From Syntrophales bacterium (lineage in GTDB: Bacteria; Desulfobacterota; Syntrophia; Syntrophales; JADFWA01), in assembly GCA_030655775.1 (NCBI GenBank), contig JAUSPI010000213.1, forward strand, positions 263 to 64,262: DNA of 64,000 nt, in the 5' to 3' direction. The number at the start of each line of letters is the position of its first letter. Positions within the stretch are counted from its first letter, which is position 1. The position numbers were made by a program, and so were the translations under genes. The notes beneath the pieces are model-generated. The model was not told the origin of the DNA. It saw only the letters and a program-made list of their open reading frames with translations, and made no database searches. Below are positions 61,311-64,000 of the stretch, piece by piece.

Positions 61311-62348
61311 ATGTTAAAAGTTAGCATATACGGAGCAAGTGGCTACACAGGTCAGGAACTCCTAAGACTTCTATTTAGGCATCCTGAAGTGGAAGTTGTT
61401 GCCCTGACGTCAAGGAAATTTAAGGGGACTCCAGTTTCCGATGTGTTCCCGGCTTTTCACGGGCTGACAGACATGGAATTTATTGATGCATCCCCTTATG
61501 ATGTTGCCGATCTTTCCGATGTTGTCTTTTTGGCGCTTCCTCACGGTCTGGCGATGGAGGCTGTTCCTCTCTTTTTGAAAGCGGGGAAAAAGGTTATTGA
61601 TCTTAGCGCTGATTTCCGCCTGCGTGATATTGCAGTGTACGAGCAGTGGTACCAGAAACATACGGCACCGGATTTGATAAAAGGGGCGGTTTACGGCCTT
61701 CCGGAATTGTACCGGGACAGTATTAAGACCGGACAGCTTATTGCAAATCCCGGGTGCTATCCAACCGGGGTCATTCTTGGTCTGGCCCCTGTGTTGAAGG
61801 AAGGATGGATTGATATCGCCTCGATTATTGTTGACTCGAAGTCGGGGGTTAGTGGTGCGGGTCGCGAACCGCAGATTGGCTCACTCTTCTGTGAGGTGAA
61901 TGAGGGGTTTAAGGCCTATAAGATCGGCCAGCATCGTCACATGCCGGAGATGGAGCAGGAGCTCGGCTTCCTTGCCGAGACAGATGTTAAGATTTCCTTT
62001 GTGCCGCATCTGCTACCGGTGAACAGGGGGATACTTAATACGATATATGCGGGGCTAAAGGAGAGCGTATCCGTATCTGACCTGATAGATCTTTATAAAA
62101 AGTTTTACGATGGTGAAGCGTTTGTCAGGATTTATAAGGCGGGCACATTCCCCACTGTTTCATCCGTCAGGGGTTCTAATTACTGTGATATCGGGCTAAC
62201 TGTTGACGGTGAGACGGGAAGGGTTATAATAGTATCCGTTATTGACAATCTTATAAAGGGTGCTGCCGGCCAGGCCGTACAAAACATGAACCTGATGTAT
62301 GGCTTGAGTGAAGACTCTGGCTTAAAATTGATTTCGCTGTTTCCATAG
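61311..62348 (+). CDS. argC: N-acetyl-gamma-glutamyl-phosphate reductase
   Basis: GASGYTGQEL, ANPGCYPT, SGVSGAGR, DNLIKGAAGQA. Confidence 0.98.
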   Translation: MLKVSIYGASGYTGQELLRLLFRHPEVEVVALTSRKFKGTPVSDVFPAFHGLTDMEFIDASPYDVADLSDVVFLALPHGLAMEAVPLFLKAGKKVIDLSADFRLRDIAVYEQWYQKHTAPDLIKGAVYGLPELYRDSIKTGQLIANPGCYPTGVILGLAPVLKEGWIDIASIIVDSKSGVSGAGREPQIGSLFCEVNEGFKAYKIGQHRHMPEMEQELGFLAETDVKISFVPHLLPVNRGILNTIYAGLKESVSVSDLIDLYKKFYDGEAFVRIYKAGTFPTVSSVRGSNYCDIGLTVDGETGRVIIVSVIDNLIKGAAGQAVQNMNLMYGLSEDSGLKLISLFP

Positions 62349-62361
62349 TTTGAAGGTTAAA

Positions 62362-63843
62362 ATGGCTTTAAGATTTTACAATACATTGACGGGACAGAAA
62401 GAAGAATTCAAGCCGGTTAAGAAAAAAAAGGTTGGAATTTATGTGTGTGGTATCACGGCCTATGATATTTGTCATGTCGGTCATGCCCGTTCGGCAGTAG
62501 TTTTCGATGTTATTACCAAGTATCTGAAGTACAGGGGTTACAATGTGACCTATGTGAAGAATTTTACCGATGTGGATGATAAGATTATAGAAAAGGCGAA
62601 TGCCGAAGGGGAAAATATTTCAGAGATATCCGAAAGATATATCAAAGAACACAATGAAGATATGGATGCACTTGGTGTGGCCAGACCCACAGTGGCCCCC
62701 AAAGCGACAGAAAACATCAAGGGGATGATCAGACATATAACAGTCCTTCTTGAGAAAAAAATTGCCTATGTTAATGAGGGCGATGTTTATTTCTCCGTTG
62801 AAAAATTCGATGGGTATGGGAAGCTTTCCGGAAGAAATCTCGAAGACATGGTAGCAGGATCGAGGGTTGAGGTGGATGATAAGAAAAAGAATCCCCTCGA
62901 TTTTGTCCTCTGGAAGGCGAGCAAGGAGGGAGAACCGTGGTGGGATAGTCCCTGGGGAAGGGGTAGGCCCGGGTGGCATATAGAGTGCTCGGTGATGAGT
63001 CAGAGGTTTTTAGGGGACACATTTGATATACACGGTGGTGGGAAGGATCTCATTTTCCCTCATCATGAAAATGAGATTGCCCAGTCGGAAGGCGCTACCG
63101 GCAAGACCTTTGCACAGTACTGGATACATAATGGTTTTGTCAGAGTGGACAGTGAAAAGATGTCCAAATCTCTCGGCAATTTTTTTACAATAAAAGAGAT
63201 ACTCAAAAGTTACCATCCAGAGGTATTGAGACTTTTTATGCTCCAGAGCCATTACAGAAGCCCCGTGGACTTTTCCAGTGACTCACTTGCTGAGGCGAAA
63301 ACGGGAATGGAGAGGTTCTATACAACCCTGAAAAATATCGGAGATGTCCTTGCGAGTGGTGTAGATTATTCGAAGGTTTCAGGGAAAAACCTTTACGGAA
63401 AAGACAAAGAAGTATTCGACTACGTTGATGCTCTTCCCGGCAGATTTACCGGGGTGATGGACGATGATTTAAATACCGCTATGGCCATTGGCTACATATT
63501 TGACACGGTTAGGGTGATCAACAGTTATCTGGCGGAAAAAGAGATTACCATGACGGAAGAGAAGCTCTTTGTTATGGATGTCGCTCAGGGAAATATCAAG
63601 GAAGTGGGCAGAGTATTGGGATTATTTCTTGAAGATCCTGACGAATATTTTCAGAAGGACAGGAACAGAGAAGTTCAAAAACGTGGGTTGGATGTAGAAG
63701 ATATTGAGCGCGCGATTGAAGAAAGAAGGATGGCCAGAGCGGCGAAAGATTGGAAAAGTTCAGATGAAATCAGAGACACTCTTGCGAAGAAGGGAATAAT
63801 TCTTAAAGATACTCCGACGGCAACCGTTTGGAAAATCGAGTAA
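62362..63843 (+). CDS. cysS: Cysteine--tRNA ligase
   Basis: YVCGITAYD..HVGHAR, PGWHIECS, KMSKS; start MALRFYNT at 62362. Confidence 0.98.
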   Translation: MALRFYNTLTGQKEEFKPVKKKKVGIYVCGITAYDICHVGHARSAVVFDVITKYLKYRGYNVTYVKNFTDVDDKIIEKANAEGENISEISERYIKEHNEDMDALGVARPTVAPKATENIKGMIRHITVLLEKKIAYVNEGDVYFSVEKFDGYGKLSGRNLEDMVAGSRVEVDDKKKNPLDFVLWKASKEGEPWWDSPWGRGRPGWHIECSVMSQRFLGDTFDIHGGGKDLIFPHHENEIAQSEGATGKTFAQYWIHNGFVRVDSEKMSKSLGNFFTIKEILKSYHPEVLRLFMLQSHYRSPVDFSSDSLAEAKTGMERFYTTLKNIGDVLASGVDYSKVSGKNLYGKDKEVFDYVDALPGRFTGVMDDDLNTAMAIGYIFDTVRVINSYLAEKEITMTEEKLFVMDVAQGNIKEVGRVLGLFLEDPDEYFQKDRNREVQKRGLDVEDIERAIEERRMARAAKDWKSSDEIRDTLAKKGIILKDTPTATVWKIE

Positions 63844-63908
63844 ATTACTTCTGTAAATTCCAAATGGAAAGTATCCATAGGTTACGTTTTTTTGTTCCTA
63901 TCAAGCGC

Positions 63909-64000
63909 TTAGGTAGTACCTTCTTCCTTTGATGCGCGCTGTCGTATGAGTTTCTTCACGAAAATTTCTTCTCTCTCCATCTCCTCGATTCTATCTGAGA
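63909..64000 (-). CDS. 3' end of an unidentified CDS entering from the right edge
   Basis: Open minus-strand frame ...SDRIEEMEREEIFVKKLIRQRASKEEGTT* ending at 63909, convergent with cysS. Confidence 0.45.
   Translation of the reverse strand, partial: SDRIEEMEREEIFVKKLIRQRASKEEGTT

Noticed and set aside
11573-62362. N-terminal extensions in the ORF track for hisF, recA, rplK, rpsL, rplN, rplX, infA, rpsD, rpsI and cysS
   Set aside because: RBS position and family N-termini indicate later starts; corrected in the feature list.

Overview
Bacterial chromosomal window, most likely from an anaerobic Desulfobacterota (Syntrophales-like; this assignment is inference from gene style and order). It has two parts. 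(1) About 1-11.6 kb is an accessory island that looks like an eroded integron cassette array with no integrase in the window. It has one complete attC (9898-10035) and several partial attC sites flanking promoterless genes (catalase, DUF4230, secreted phosphatase, YcaO, GNAT, two toxin-antitoxin pairs, frameshifted deaminase, STAS/SEC14). It is heavily invaded by mobile-element debris: IS91 and IS66 fragments, a GGGGAC-type REP/REPIN family with a truncated RAYT transposase, and an ORF-less group II intron whose EBS1 (GGACAC) is exactly complementary to the REP core (GTGTCC) in which it sits. (2) About 11.6-64 kb is core genome: hisF, TPR-OmpA, pgpA-cinA-thpR-recA, mdh, a radical SAM gene, a tRNA cluster, secE-nusG-rplKAJL-rpoBC, the str, S10, spc and alpha operons, then folC, lptD, rplM-rpsI, argC and cysS. 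Its intergenic spaces carry five copies of one MITE family with 5-bp target duplications and exchangeable hairpin cargo, IS200/IS605-type mini-elements and inverted heptamer-repeat arrays. No rRNA, CRISPR array or intact transposase/integrase gene was seen.
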